From the NCBI GenBank assembly GCA_028279805.1, contig JANQMZ010000007.1, positions 390,001 through 422,000 of the forward strand: 32,000 nucleotides of DNA. The letters are read 5' to 3'. The number at the start of each line of letters is the position of its first letter. Position 1 is the first letter of the stretch. The DNA comes from an archaeon. Its GTDB lineage: Archaea > Iainarchaeota > Iainarchaeia > Iainarchaeales > JANQMZ01. Under the pieces are notes generated by a model. The model made no database searches. It was not told the origin of the DNA and was given only the letters and a program-made list of their open reading frames with translations. Below are positions 25,790-32,000 of this stretch, one piece after another. Both the position numbers and the translations under genes were made by a program.

Positions 25790-26898
25790 TTTTTCACCTG
25801 AGAATAAACTTGCAAATATTTTTTGGACACGTTTTGCCAGGACATTTTTTCAGCAAGCTTTCTTGAATTATTTGAATGTCTTTGCAACAAAGCAGAATTT
25901 TCAATGTATTTTAAAAGAGCTTTTTCAATTTGCTTTGAATTCTGCTTTTCAACAATAAAGCCGTTATTATGAATTAATTCTGCCGCACCGGTTTTTGTTG
26001 TAATTACTGGCAAGCCGGAAGCTAATGCTTCCTGTGTAACATTAGCCAAAGCTTCTTCAATTGAAGGCAGGACAAAAACGCTTGATTGTGAATAAATTTT
26101 ATGAATATTTTTATGTTCAACCATTCCGGTAAAGTTAACATTTTTTGAAATGTTGTTTTGTTTGCAAAATTTTTTTAATTCAGATTCCTGCGGGCCTGAA
26201 CCAACAATTGTTAGTTTAATATTTGAATGTTTTTGTAAAACATTTTTGAATGCTTCAAGTAAAAAAATTAATCCTTTTCTTTCAATTAATCTCCCGACAA
26301 ATAAAACATTAAAATCTTTTTTCCTGCCCGGAGTAAATTCTTTTGAATCAATTCCGTTGTAAATTACTTCAATTTTTTTGTTTGAAGTATTGCGGGCTAA
26401 TTTTTTTAAGTCATTGCTGACAGCAGTAACTGTTTTTGCATTATTCCAGACTATTTTTGATAAAGGTTTGAACAAAATTTTGTCCAAAAATTTTAATCTT
26501 GGATTGTAGCCTGGAACATCTGAACCTCGCAATGCTACAATGTAAGGAACTTGTTTTCTCAGTAAAAAACCGATAATGCCTGAAGGCCAGCCGAACCAGC
26601 AATGGCACAAATCATATTCTTTTTCTTTAACCAGTTTTTTAGCCAAAAAGAAGGCTTTTAGAGTGTATTTTGCTATTTCAAGTATTTTCCAGTAATGAAA
26701 TTGTTTTTTGCCAACATCCAACTTATACATAATAATGTTGTTTGAAAATTTTTCCTGCTTAAATTTGTCAGGGCTTGAAGTAATCAAATCAATCTGCAAG
26801 TTTTTTGATTTTGCAAATTCTTTCAATAAGTAAAAATTTGCGTTGGCAGCGCCCCCCCCTACGGGGGGAAACTCATAGTTGAGCATTAAAATTTTCAT
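25786..26898 (-). CDS. GT4-family (GT-B fold) glycosyltransferase
   Basis: N-terminal FPPVGGGA and a C-terminal EALANVTQEALASGLPVI (E-x7-E) motif. Confidence 0.9.
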   Translation of the reverse strand: MKILMLNYEFPPVGGGAANANFYLLKEFAKSKNLQIDLITSSPDKFKQEKFSNNIIMYKLDVGKKQFHYWKILEIAKYTLKAFFLAKKLVKEKEYDLCHCWFGWPSGIIGFLLRKQVPYIVALRGSDVPGYNPRLKFLDKILFKPLSKIVWNNAKTVTAVSNDLKKLARNTSNKKIEVIYNGIDSKEFTPGRKKDFNVLFVGRLIERKGLIFLLEAFKNVLQKHSNIKLTIVGSGPQESELKKFCKQNNISKNVNFTGMVEHKNIHKIYSQSSVFVLPSIEEALANVTQEALASGLPVITTKTGAAELIHNNGFIVEKQNSKQIEKALLKYIENSALLQRHSNNSRKLAEKMSWQNVSKKYLQVYSQVKK

Positions 26899-26906
26899 AA
26901 AAGCAA

Positions 26907-27839
26907 CTATAAAATTTTTTCAATCGAATAAGGTTTTTGTTTTTTTGTTTGAAAATAATTTTTAATAATAATATCAGCCAAAAAACCAAAAATTATGAAT
27001 TGTATTCCGATTATAACCATTAAAATTGCCAAAAACAAAATTGGCCTGTTAGCCAAACCAATTCCTAAAAAAATTCTTTGATAAGACAAATATAATCCGA
27101 GCAATGTTCCAAGAATTAGTACAGGCAATCCTATTCCTCCAAACAAATGCAAGGGCCTTGTTGCATATTGTGACCAGAATTTAATATTTAGCAAGTCAAG
27201 AAAGCCTTTGTATAATCTTAAAAGGCCATATTTTGTTTTTCCAAATTTTCTCGGCCTGTGATTGACTTTTGTTTCTCCGACTTTGAATCCTTTCCAGGCA
27301 ACCAATGCAGGAATAAATCTGTGAATTTCTCCGAATAATTCAGCGTCTTCCAGTGTTTCTCTCCGGTAAGCTTTCAGGGAACAGCCTGAATCATGGATTT
27401 GCAAGCCTGTCAAACGTTTATGAAGCCAGTTGGATAATAATGATGGTAATTTTTTTGTTGTGGGATCTTTTCTGTCAGCCCTCCAGCCGCTTACAACATC
27501 AAACCCTTTACTCATTTTGCTTAAAAGTTTTGGAATGTCTTTTGGATCGTTTTGCAAGTCACCATCCATTGTAATAATTGTTTTTCCTTTTGAATTGTCA
27601 AAACCTGCTTTCATTGCAGCTGTTTGTCCAAAATTTTTTCTGAATTTAATTATTTTAACAATAGAATTTTGTTTTTTTAATTTTAATAATTCATTAAAAG
27701 TGTTATCGGTTGAACCGTCGTCAACAAAAATTATTTCACTTTTTATTTTTAAGTTTTTTAATGTTTGATTTAATTCTTTGAATAAAATTGAAACATTTTC
27801 CTGTTCGTTGTAAAAAGGAACAACAATTGATAAATCCAT
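26907..27839 (-). CDS. GT2 polyprenyl-phosphate glycosyltransferase (GtrB/ArnC/DPM1-like) with C-terminal TM anchor
   Basis: LSIVVPFYNE, FVDDGSTDNT, MDGDLQNDP, and two C-terminal TM helices. I prefer ATG 27839 (MDLSIVVP) because the TATA box at 27861-27870 predicts a TSS near it. The track start is 27854. Confidence 0.88.
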   Translation of the reverse strand: MDLSIVVPFYNEQENVSILFKELNQTLKNLKIKSEIIFVDDGSTDNTFNELLKLKKQNSIVKIIKFRKNFGQTAAMKAGFDNSKGKTIITMDGDLQNDPKDIPKLLSKMSKGFDVVSGWRADRKDPTTKKLPSLLSNWLHKRLTGLQIHDSGCSLKAYRRETLEDAELFGEIHRFIPALVAWKGFKVGETKVNHRPRKFGKTKYGLLRLYKGFLDLLNIKFWSQYATRPLHLFGGIGLPVLILGTLLGLYLSYQRIFLGIGLANRPILFLAILMVIIGIQFIIFGFLADIIIKNYFQTKKQKPYSIEKIL

Positions 27840-27860
27840 TTTGAATCCCTGCAAAAAAGA

Positions 27861-27870
27861 ATATATAAAA
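27861..27870 (-). promoter_or_regulatory. TATA box (TTTTATATAT on the minus strand) for the glycosylation operon
   Basis: Centre is about 26 nt upstream of ATG 27839 on the minus strand. Confidence 0.5.
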
Positions 27871-27884
27871 TTCCCTGATAAAAG

Positions 27885-27892
27885 TATATAAA
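27885..27892 (+). promoter_or_regulatory. TATA box (TATATAAA) for the divergent small membrane protein gene
   Basis: Centre is about 25 nt upstream of ATG 27913, which implies a leaderless mRNA. Confidence 0.5.
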
Positions 27893-27912
27893 AAACACTT
27901 GGATGAAAAAAA

Positions 27913-28248
27913 ATGCTTGAAAAATATTCAAAGGAAATAACGCAGTTTTTTGCATTGTTTCTGGTGATATCAGCGGGAATAATTGTTTATTTGTGGAACC
28001 AGCCTTTATTGTTTCCCGGTTTAATTGAAAGATTATTGGTTTTATTGTTTTTTTCAGGGGTTTTGGCTTTGCTGGTTAATTTGAAAAAAACCAATGTAAA
28101 AAAATTAACAGAAAAACTGTTTAAAGCCAGTTTTTTGGGTTTTTTCATTGTTTTAATTGCCGGATTATTCTGGTTTATCGGCTTGGAAATTTTGTTATTT
28201 TTGGCTGCAATTGTTGCTTTTTTTGGAATTGTTTCAAGGCTTTTTTAG
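27913..28248 (+). CDS. Small integral membrane protein (about 4 TM), unknown function
   Basis: 111-aa hydrophobic ORF with a well-placed TATA box. Confidence 0.45.
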   Translation: MLEKYSKEITQFFALFLVISAGIIVYLWNQPLLFPGLIERLLVLLFFSGVLALLVNLKKTNVKKLTEKLFKASFLGFFIVLIAGLFWFIGLEILLFLAAIVAFFGIVSRLF

Positions 28249-28324
28249 TGTTTTAAACGTCAAGGAACAGTATTTAAAATGTACGCCAAAAAAATTAATT
28301 ATACTCAATAAGGCAGTGAAAATA

Positions 28325-29200
28325 ATGGATAGGGGCGTTCCTAAAAAGTTTTTGCCGGCGGCAGCTGTTTCGCTGGTTATACTTGTTTTGGTCATTTCAG
28401 GACCGGCTTTTGCTTTTACAATTGTTGACTGGTCTGCTGACCCGGGAACGACAACACGAAATAATGAAATAGAAATACTTGTAAGAATTTCACAGGAAGT
28501 TGATGAAGTTCTTGACACTATTCAGCTTGAAATAACTGATCCGAATGGTGACAAATTTTTTGCAACTCTTGATAGCTGTGAGTCTGTTGGATTCAGTGAT
28601 GACGGTTCAGGAAATGTTACAGGACCGGGATATGGTTATGGTTATCTGGGTTACGGTTCTGCTTTTGGTTACGGTTATGGGTATGGATATGGTTATGGTT
28701 CAAGTTTTGGAACCAATGACCCGATGATTTGTAAATTTACTTATTTTGCAACAACTCTTGGAGACCATGACGGAGAATTGTTTATCAACGGAGTTCCATT
28801 CGGAACAGAGGAAGATTTGTTTGAAATAATTCCAGCCACACAAAATGGTTCCTCAGACAATCCACCTGCAGGCACAAGCCGCGGAGACCAAGGTGGTGGA
28901 GGCGGAGGTGGCGGAACACCGCCTGGAACAGATTCTGATGGAGGAGAAGAAGGTGCAGGAGGCGCACCTGAAATTGAACCGGAAGAACAGGAAGTAACAC
29001 CTGAAGCAATAGCAGGAACAGGAGGACCAACTGGATTTTTCGGATTGGGAGACCTTGACTTGGGAGAATTAATGGATTCATTAACCGGATTAATTAATTT
29101 AGGCGGACTGGATTTGAGTTCAAGCGGACTGCCATGGTTCTTTTTAATACTTTTAATTCTGGGACTATTGTACAGGTATTATACTACAAGAGGAAACTAG
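28325..29200 (+). CDS. Secreted, C-terminally anchored surface protein with Gly-Tyr repeat and poly-Gly/acidic linker
   Basis: The track ORF is trimmed to ATG 28325. Signal peptide MDRGVPKKFLPAAAVSLVILVLVISGPAFA, GYGYGYLGYGSAFGYGYGYGYGYG block, G8 run, acidic TPE-rich linker, then a final TM helix LPWFFLILLILGLLY followed by a short RYYTTRGN tail. Confidence 0.6.
   Translation: MDRGVPKKFLPAAAVSLVILVLVISGPAFAFTIVDWSADPGTTTRNNEIEILVRISQEVDEVLDTIQLEITDPNGDKFFATLDSCESVGFSDDGSGNVTGPGYGYGYLGYGSAFGYGYGYGYGYGSSFGTNDPMICKFTYFATTLGDHDGELFINGVPFGTEEDLFEIIPATQNGSSDNPPAGTSRGDQGGGGGGGGTPPGTDSDGGEEGAGGAPEIEPEEQEVTPEAIAGTGGPTGFFGLGDLDLGELMDSLTGLINLGGLDLSSSGLPWFFLILLILGLLYRYYTTRGN
28628..28710 (+). repeat. 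Imperfect tandem GGTTAT/GGATAT hexanucleotide repeat encoding (Gly-Tyr)n
   Basis: ggatatggttatggttat...ggttacggttatgggtatggatatggttatggt is read directly from the sequence. Confidence 0.8.
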
Positions 29201-29222
29201 TTATTTTTTAACTTTAAAATTT

Positions 29223-29564
29223 ATGATTAAAATGAAACAATTGTTAATTGGATTAATTTTTTTGCCACTGATTTTAAGTGGCTGTACTCAAATTCAGTCA
29301 GGCCCCGGATTAGAAAAGTGCGGAATAGAACAATGCCACGGTTTTGATGTTACATGCGGTTCAGACATTCCGGAAGCTTGCACTCAGGAATTCAGATTGG
29401 AGGATACGTGCAGGCAATTTGTTTCATGTGAAACAATTCAGGGGCAATGCACTTTAATTGAAGATGAAAAATTTGAAACTTGTAAAAATTGTGTAGAACA
29501 ATGCAAAACTGATTCAGTTGATGCTTTTTCCTGTGTTAACGAATGTTTAAATAATAACAATTAA
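29223..29564 (+). CDS. Small Cys-rich secreted lipoprotein-like protein
   Basis: Signal peptide ending in the lipobox-like LILSGC. The mature part of about 90 aa has 12 further Cys residues. Confidence 0.55.
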   Translation: MIKMKQLLIGLIFLPLILSGCTQIQSGPGLEKCGIEQCHGFDVTCGSDIPEACTQEFRLEDTCRQFVSCETIQGQCTLIEDEKFETCKNCVEQCKTDSVDAFSCVNECLNNNN

Positions 29565-29588
29565 ATATTTGAAAATTAATTCTTTTTC

Positions 29589-29987
29589 ATGGGCATAAAA
29601 AAGAAACAAAACCCACAAAAAAGACGATTAAACGTTCAGCCTGAAACGAGGCCTAATGATTTTATTATTGTAAGAGATTCGCAAGGAAAAGAGATTTATA
29701 AGGGAAGCGAAAAAAGAGATAATAGGAAAAAAACAGTTGAAAACCTTTCTAGAAAAGTTGATTTTGAAAGCCTTAAAGGCGGAGTTCAAGAACATTTGAA
29801 CATAATTAGAAAATATATTCGGGACATGTACTCCGAAGGAGGCGATGTGAGTCATCTTCCTCACGCAAAATTAACCGAAATTCAAGAAGGAATTTTAGGC
29901 AGGCAGTTAACAGAAGAAAAATTATACGAATATTTTGTTTTTTTAGAAGAACTAAGAGAAGAAGAAAAAATAGCCGATGGAAGATAA
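29589..29987 (+). CDS. Hypothetical protein (basic N-terminus, acidic C-terminus)
   Basis: 132-aa ORF with no recognised motif. Confidence 0.4.
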   Translation: MGIKKKQNPQKRRLNVQPETRPNDFIIVRDSQGKEIYKGSEKRDNRKKTVENLSRKVDFESLKGGVQEHLNIIRKYIRDMYSEGGDVSHLPHAKLTEIQEGILGRQLTEEKLYEYFVFLEELREEEKIADGR

Positions 29988-29989
29988 CT

Positions 29990-30286
29990 TTAAATTTTTT
30001 TAATATTAGTTGGAACTTTAACCTTGTTTAATCTTCTTGTAATTTTGCTCCAGCCGGCTAAAACAAAATAACCAACAACTGTAACAATCAATGCAACTGT
30101 TATGTCAACAAACAAAGGAGATTCAGAAAAAGCCAATGTGACATATTTGTCAATAAAAGTTCGGAAAGCCTGAGCCCAGAAAATTGCAATAGCAACAATA
30201 ATTCCAAACCTTAAATTTTGAGGAACATTTTTTCCAATATCCGAAACAGGTTTTTTGTAATGCTTAATAATTTTCTTTTCAGGCAT
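29990..30286 (-). CDS. Small membrane protein (2 TM), unknown function
   Basis: 98-aa ORF with two hydrophobic helices and basic termini. Confidence 0.4.
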   Translation of the reverse strand: MPEKKIIKHYKKPVSDIGKNVPQNLRFGIIVAIAIFWAQAFRTFIDKYVTLAFSESPLFVDITVALIVTVVGYFVLAGWSKITRRLNKVKVPTNIKKI

Positions 30287-30318
30287 TTAAAAAAAAAGTG
30301 TTTTTTACTATTTAATGA

Positions 30319-30633
30319 TTACATTACACCCAAAAAAGTTCTGGTAAAATGTCTTTTTGACACTTTAAAAGCCTGTTTTCCTTCACCGGTTAAACTGTAA
30401 ACAATTGTTTTACCTTGTTTTTTTTCTTTAATAAAACCGGAATTTTTAAGGCTTTTTAAGGCCGGATAAATTGTTCCCGGGCTCGGCCTGGAACCTTTTC
30501 TTTTTTCCAGTTCATCAGCAAGTTCCTGGCCATGCATAGATTTTTTTGACAATAAAAATAAAATCAAAAATGACAGCATTCCGCGCATATCACAGCAATT
30601 ATGATATTTGTGATAATGACCCTTCATACACAT
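30319..30633 (-). CDS. PadR-family transcriptional regulator with Cys/His-rich N-terminal extension
   Basis: Winged-HTH core LSKKSMHGQELADELEKRKGSRPSPGTIYPALKSLKNSGFIKE, preceded by MCMKGHYHKYHNCCD. Confidence 0.85.
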   Translation of the reverse strand: MCMKGHYHKYHNCCDMRGMLSFLILFLLSKKSMHGQELADELEKRKGSRPSPGTIYPALKSLKNSGFIKEKKQGKTIVYSLTGEGKQAFKVSKRHFTRTFLGVM

Positions 30634-30667
30634 ATTGGATGTCCGATAGGTTTAAAAACAAAAAGGT

Positions 30668-30689
30668 TTATATCGTATATACGATATAA
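30668..30689. promoter_or_regulatory. Perfect 22-bp palindrome TTATATCGTATATACGATATAA, candidate PadR operator overlapping divergent promoters
   Basis: I verified that the sequence equals its own reverse complement. It lies 35 nt from the padR ATG (30633) and 16 nt from ATG 30705. Confidence 0.6.
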
Positions 30690-30704
30690 CGGAGGTTGAT
30701 AAAA

Positions 30705-30872
30705 ATGGGTTATGGTAATTGCTCATGTCATGGTTATAGTTATCGTGGAAGTGGCAGAAGTTTTTTAACAAAAGAAGAAAAAATTGAAATGTTAAAAGAC
30801 TATCAAGATTCTTTGGAAAAAGAAGCTAAAGGCATTTCTGAAAGAATTGCTGAACTGGAAAAGAATAATTAA
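30705..30872 (+). CDS. Small protein (55 aa), DUF5320-like: Cys/His/Gly-Tyr N-terminus plus coiled-coil C-terminus
   Basis: Not in the ORF track (under 60 aa). GGAGGT at 30691-30696. Translation: MGYGNCSCHGYSYRGSGRSFLTKEEKIEMLKDYQDSLEKEAKGISERIAELEKNN. Confidence 0.5.
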   Translation: MGYGNCSCHGYSYRGSGRSFLTKEEKIEMLKDYQDSLEKEAKGISERIAELEKNN

Positions 30873-30951
30873 TTCTTTTCCTTTTTTTCACTTTTTTGTT
30901 AATCAAAAACTATTTAAATGAAAAAATCATAATCAAGCTGAGGTGAAATGA

Positions 30952-31374
30952 ATGCTTGAAACACAGGTTAGCTTGATAGGCGTGGTTGTAGCAGCAGTTG
31001 CAAGTATGATTGCAGGCTTTTTGTGGTACTCTCCTGCTTTGTTCGGAAAAAAATGGGCAAGTCTGAAAGGGTTTAAAATGAAAACCAAGGAAGACATGAA
31101 AAAAATGCAGGAAAAAGCAAAACCGGCATACATTGGTTCATTTGCAGCAGCACTGGTTACAGCATGGATTTTATCACAGTTTTTGATTTTAACACAGGCA
31201 ACAACATTAATGGCTGCAGCAACAACAGCTTTCTGGATTTGGTTTGGTTTTATTGCAACAACAATGTTTGCAATGCACTTGTTCAGCGAACAGTCAAAAG
31301 AACTTTACCTGATTGATGTCGGACACCAGCTTGTATCACTTATTGTAATGGCAGAAGTTCTGGTTTTATTATAA
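30952..31374 (+). CDS. DUF1761-family membrane protein
   Basis: GFLWYSPALFGKKW N-terminal signature, 4 TM helices. GAGGTG at 30941-30946 and TATTTAAAT at 30912-30920. Confidence 0.6.
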   Translation: MLETQVSLIGVVVAAVASMIAGFLWYSPALFGKKWASLKGFKMKTKEDMKKMQEKAKPAYIGSFAAALVTAWILSQFLILTQATTLMAAATTAFWIWFGFIATTMFAMHLFSEQSKELYLIDVGHQLVSLIVMAEVLVLL

Positions 31375-31439
31375 AAACCAGGATTTTTTCTTTTTTTTAT
31401 AACGAAACAAATTTATACGGGTAAATGTAAATACTTGAT

Positions 31440-32000
31440 ATGCAAAAAAGACCATACCTTGTTTCTCTGGCAATAATTCTGATTTTGGCATGGTATTATT
31501 TTATTTTCCGCGCATTCCCAATAACATTAGGATTTGTTAATGCAGTTGTTGCTTTTGCTTCAACTTTTATTATCAGCTTGTCTTTTTTGTTCGGGCCACT
31601 GGCAAAATTTGTAAAATTTTTCGGCAAATATTTGCATGACAGAAAAGATTATGGATTGATTGGATTTGGTTTGGCTGCACTGCATACTTTTTTAGCAGTT
31701 CCAAACATGTTAAGCAATAATAAGGAAATTTTGTTGGCTGATGCCGGTTCACTGGCTTTTGCCGCCATTGCATTTGCAATTTTTATTTTAATGGCTTTAA
31801 CATCCACAAATGAATGGATGCAAAGCCTTGGTTATAATAACTGGAAAAATTTGCAGAGAACAGGTTATCTGGCTTTTTTGTTTGTGGCATTTCACATTGT
31901 TTTGCTGGAAAGTGGCATATTTTTGACAAGAACAATTGGCATGATAGCATTAAGCGTTATTTTGGGAATAATTTTGTTAAGAATTATTGCTTCCATTTTT
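31440..32000 (+). CDS. Ferric-reductase-like transmembrane domain protein (MsrQ/YedZ-like), 3'-truncated by the window edge
   Basis: Not in the track because no stop is reached. The frame is open for 187 codons from ATG 31440. RKDYGLIGFGLAALH and LTSTNEWMQSLGYNNWKNLQRTGYLAFLFVAFH match the heme-ligand His spacing of the family. Confidence 0.6.
   Translation, partial: MQKRPYLVSLAIILILAWYYFIFRAFPITLGFVNAVVAFASTFIISLSFLFGPLAKFVKFFGKYLHDRKDYGLIGFGLAALHTFLAVPNMLSNNKEILLADAGSLAFAAIAFAIFILMALTSTNEWMQSLGYNNWKNLQRTGYLAFLFVAFHIVLLESGIFLTRTIGMIALSVILGIILLRIIASIF

Noticed and set aside
28157-28324. Upstream extension of the surface-protein ORF (track start 28157)
   Set aside because: It overlaps the preceding membrane-protein gene in another frame. 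A TATA-like GTATTTAAAA at about 28270 lies inside it, and a textbook signal peptide begins at Met 28325.
1-32000. Many antisense or overlapping track ORFs (e.g. 276-542, 430-768, 2284-2685, 4498-4809, 5628-5885, 12175-12549, 17825-18130, 23741-24058, 27430-27768, 28785-29081)
   Set aside because: Each lies inside a longer, motif-supported gene on the opposite strand or in another frame. They have low-complexity, Leu/Phe/Lys-rich translations typical of shadow ORFs in AT-rich DNA.
1-32000. CRISPR arrays, rRNA genes, integrases or transposases
   Set aside because: Reading both strands showed no regularly spaced direct repeats, no rRNA-like conserved blocks, and no recombinase or transposase motifs.

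Overview
This is a strongly AT-rich archaeal window, probably from a small DPANN-like genome (inference). Evidence: family B DNA polymerase, short type-2 MetAP, TATA boxes (TTTAAA-type) about 26 nt upstream of start sites, many leaderless genes, and a tRNA intron at position 37/38. In order it carries: polB (5'-truncated) and map; a K+ module (trkH, trkA, CPA2 antiporter); a tRNA-rich housekeeping stretch (tRNA-His, hisS, tRNA-Thr, rpiA, tRNA-Met, a free-standing LAGLIDADG endonuclease, tRNA-Glu, mazG-like, tRNA-Thr); envelope genes (PAP2, HAD, a processive GT2 synthase); an intron-containing tRNA-Tyr followed by bacterial-looking accessory genes (SDR, TetR, LtrA, papain-like, DUF1801); a large glycosylation locus (two GT-C enzymes, a flippase-like protein, an ELFV dehydrogenase, a CapK/PaaK-like ligase, GT4, a polyprenyl-P GT2); secreted and surface proteins; and a PadR-controlled divergent pair. 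The most unusual signal is non-coding. Three GC-rich modules of about 105-115 nt, each built from several hairpins, share sequence and compensatory changes. Two lie directly 5' of tRNA genes (tRNA-Arg, tRNA-Thr-UGU). The third is the 110-nt tRNA-Tyr intron. I do not recognise them as any known RNA family. No CRISPR array or rRNA was seen.
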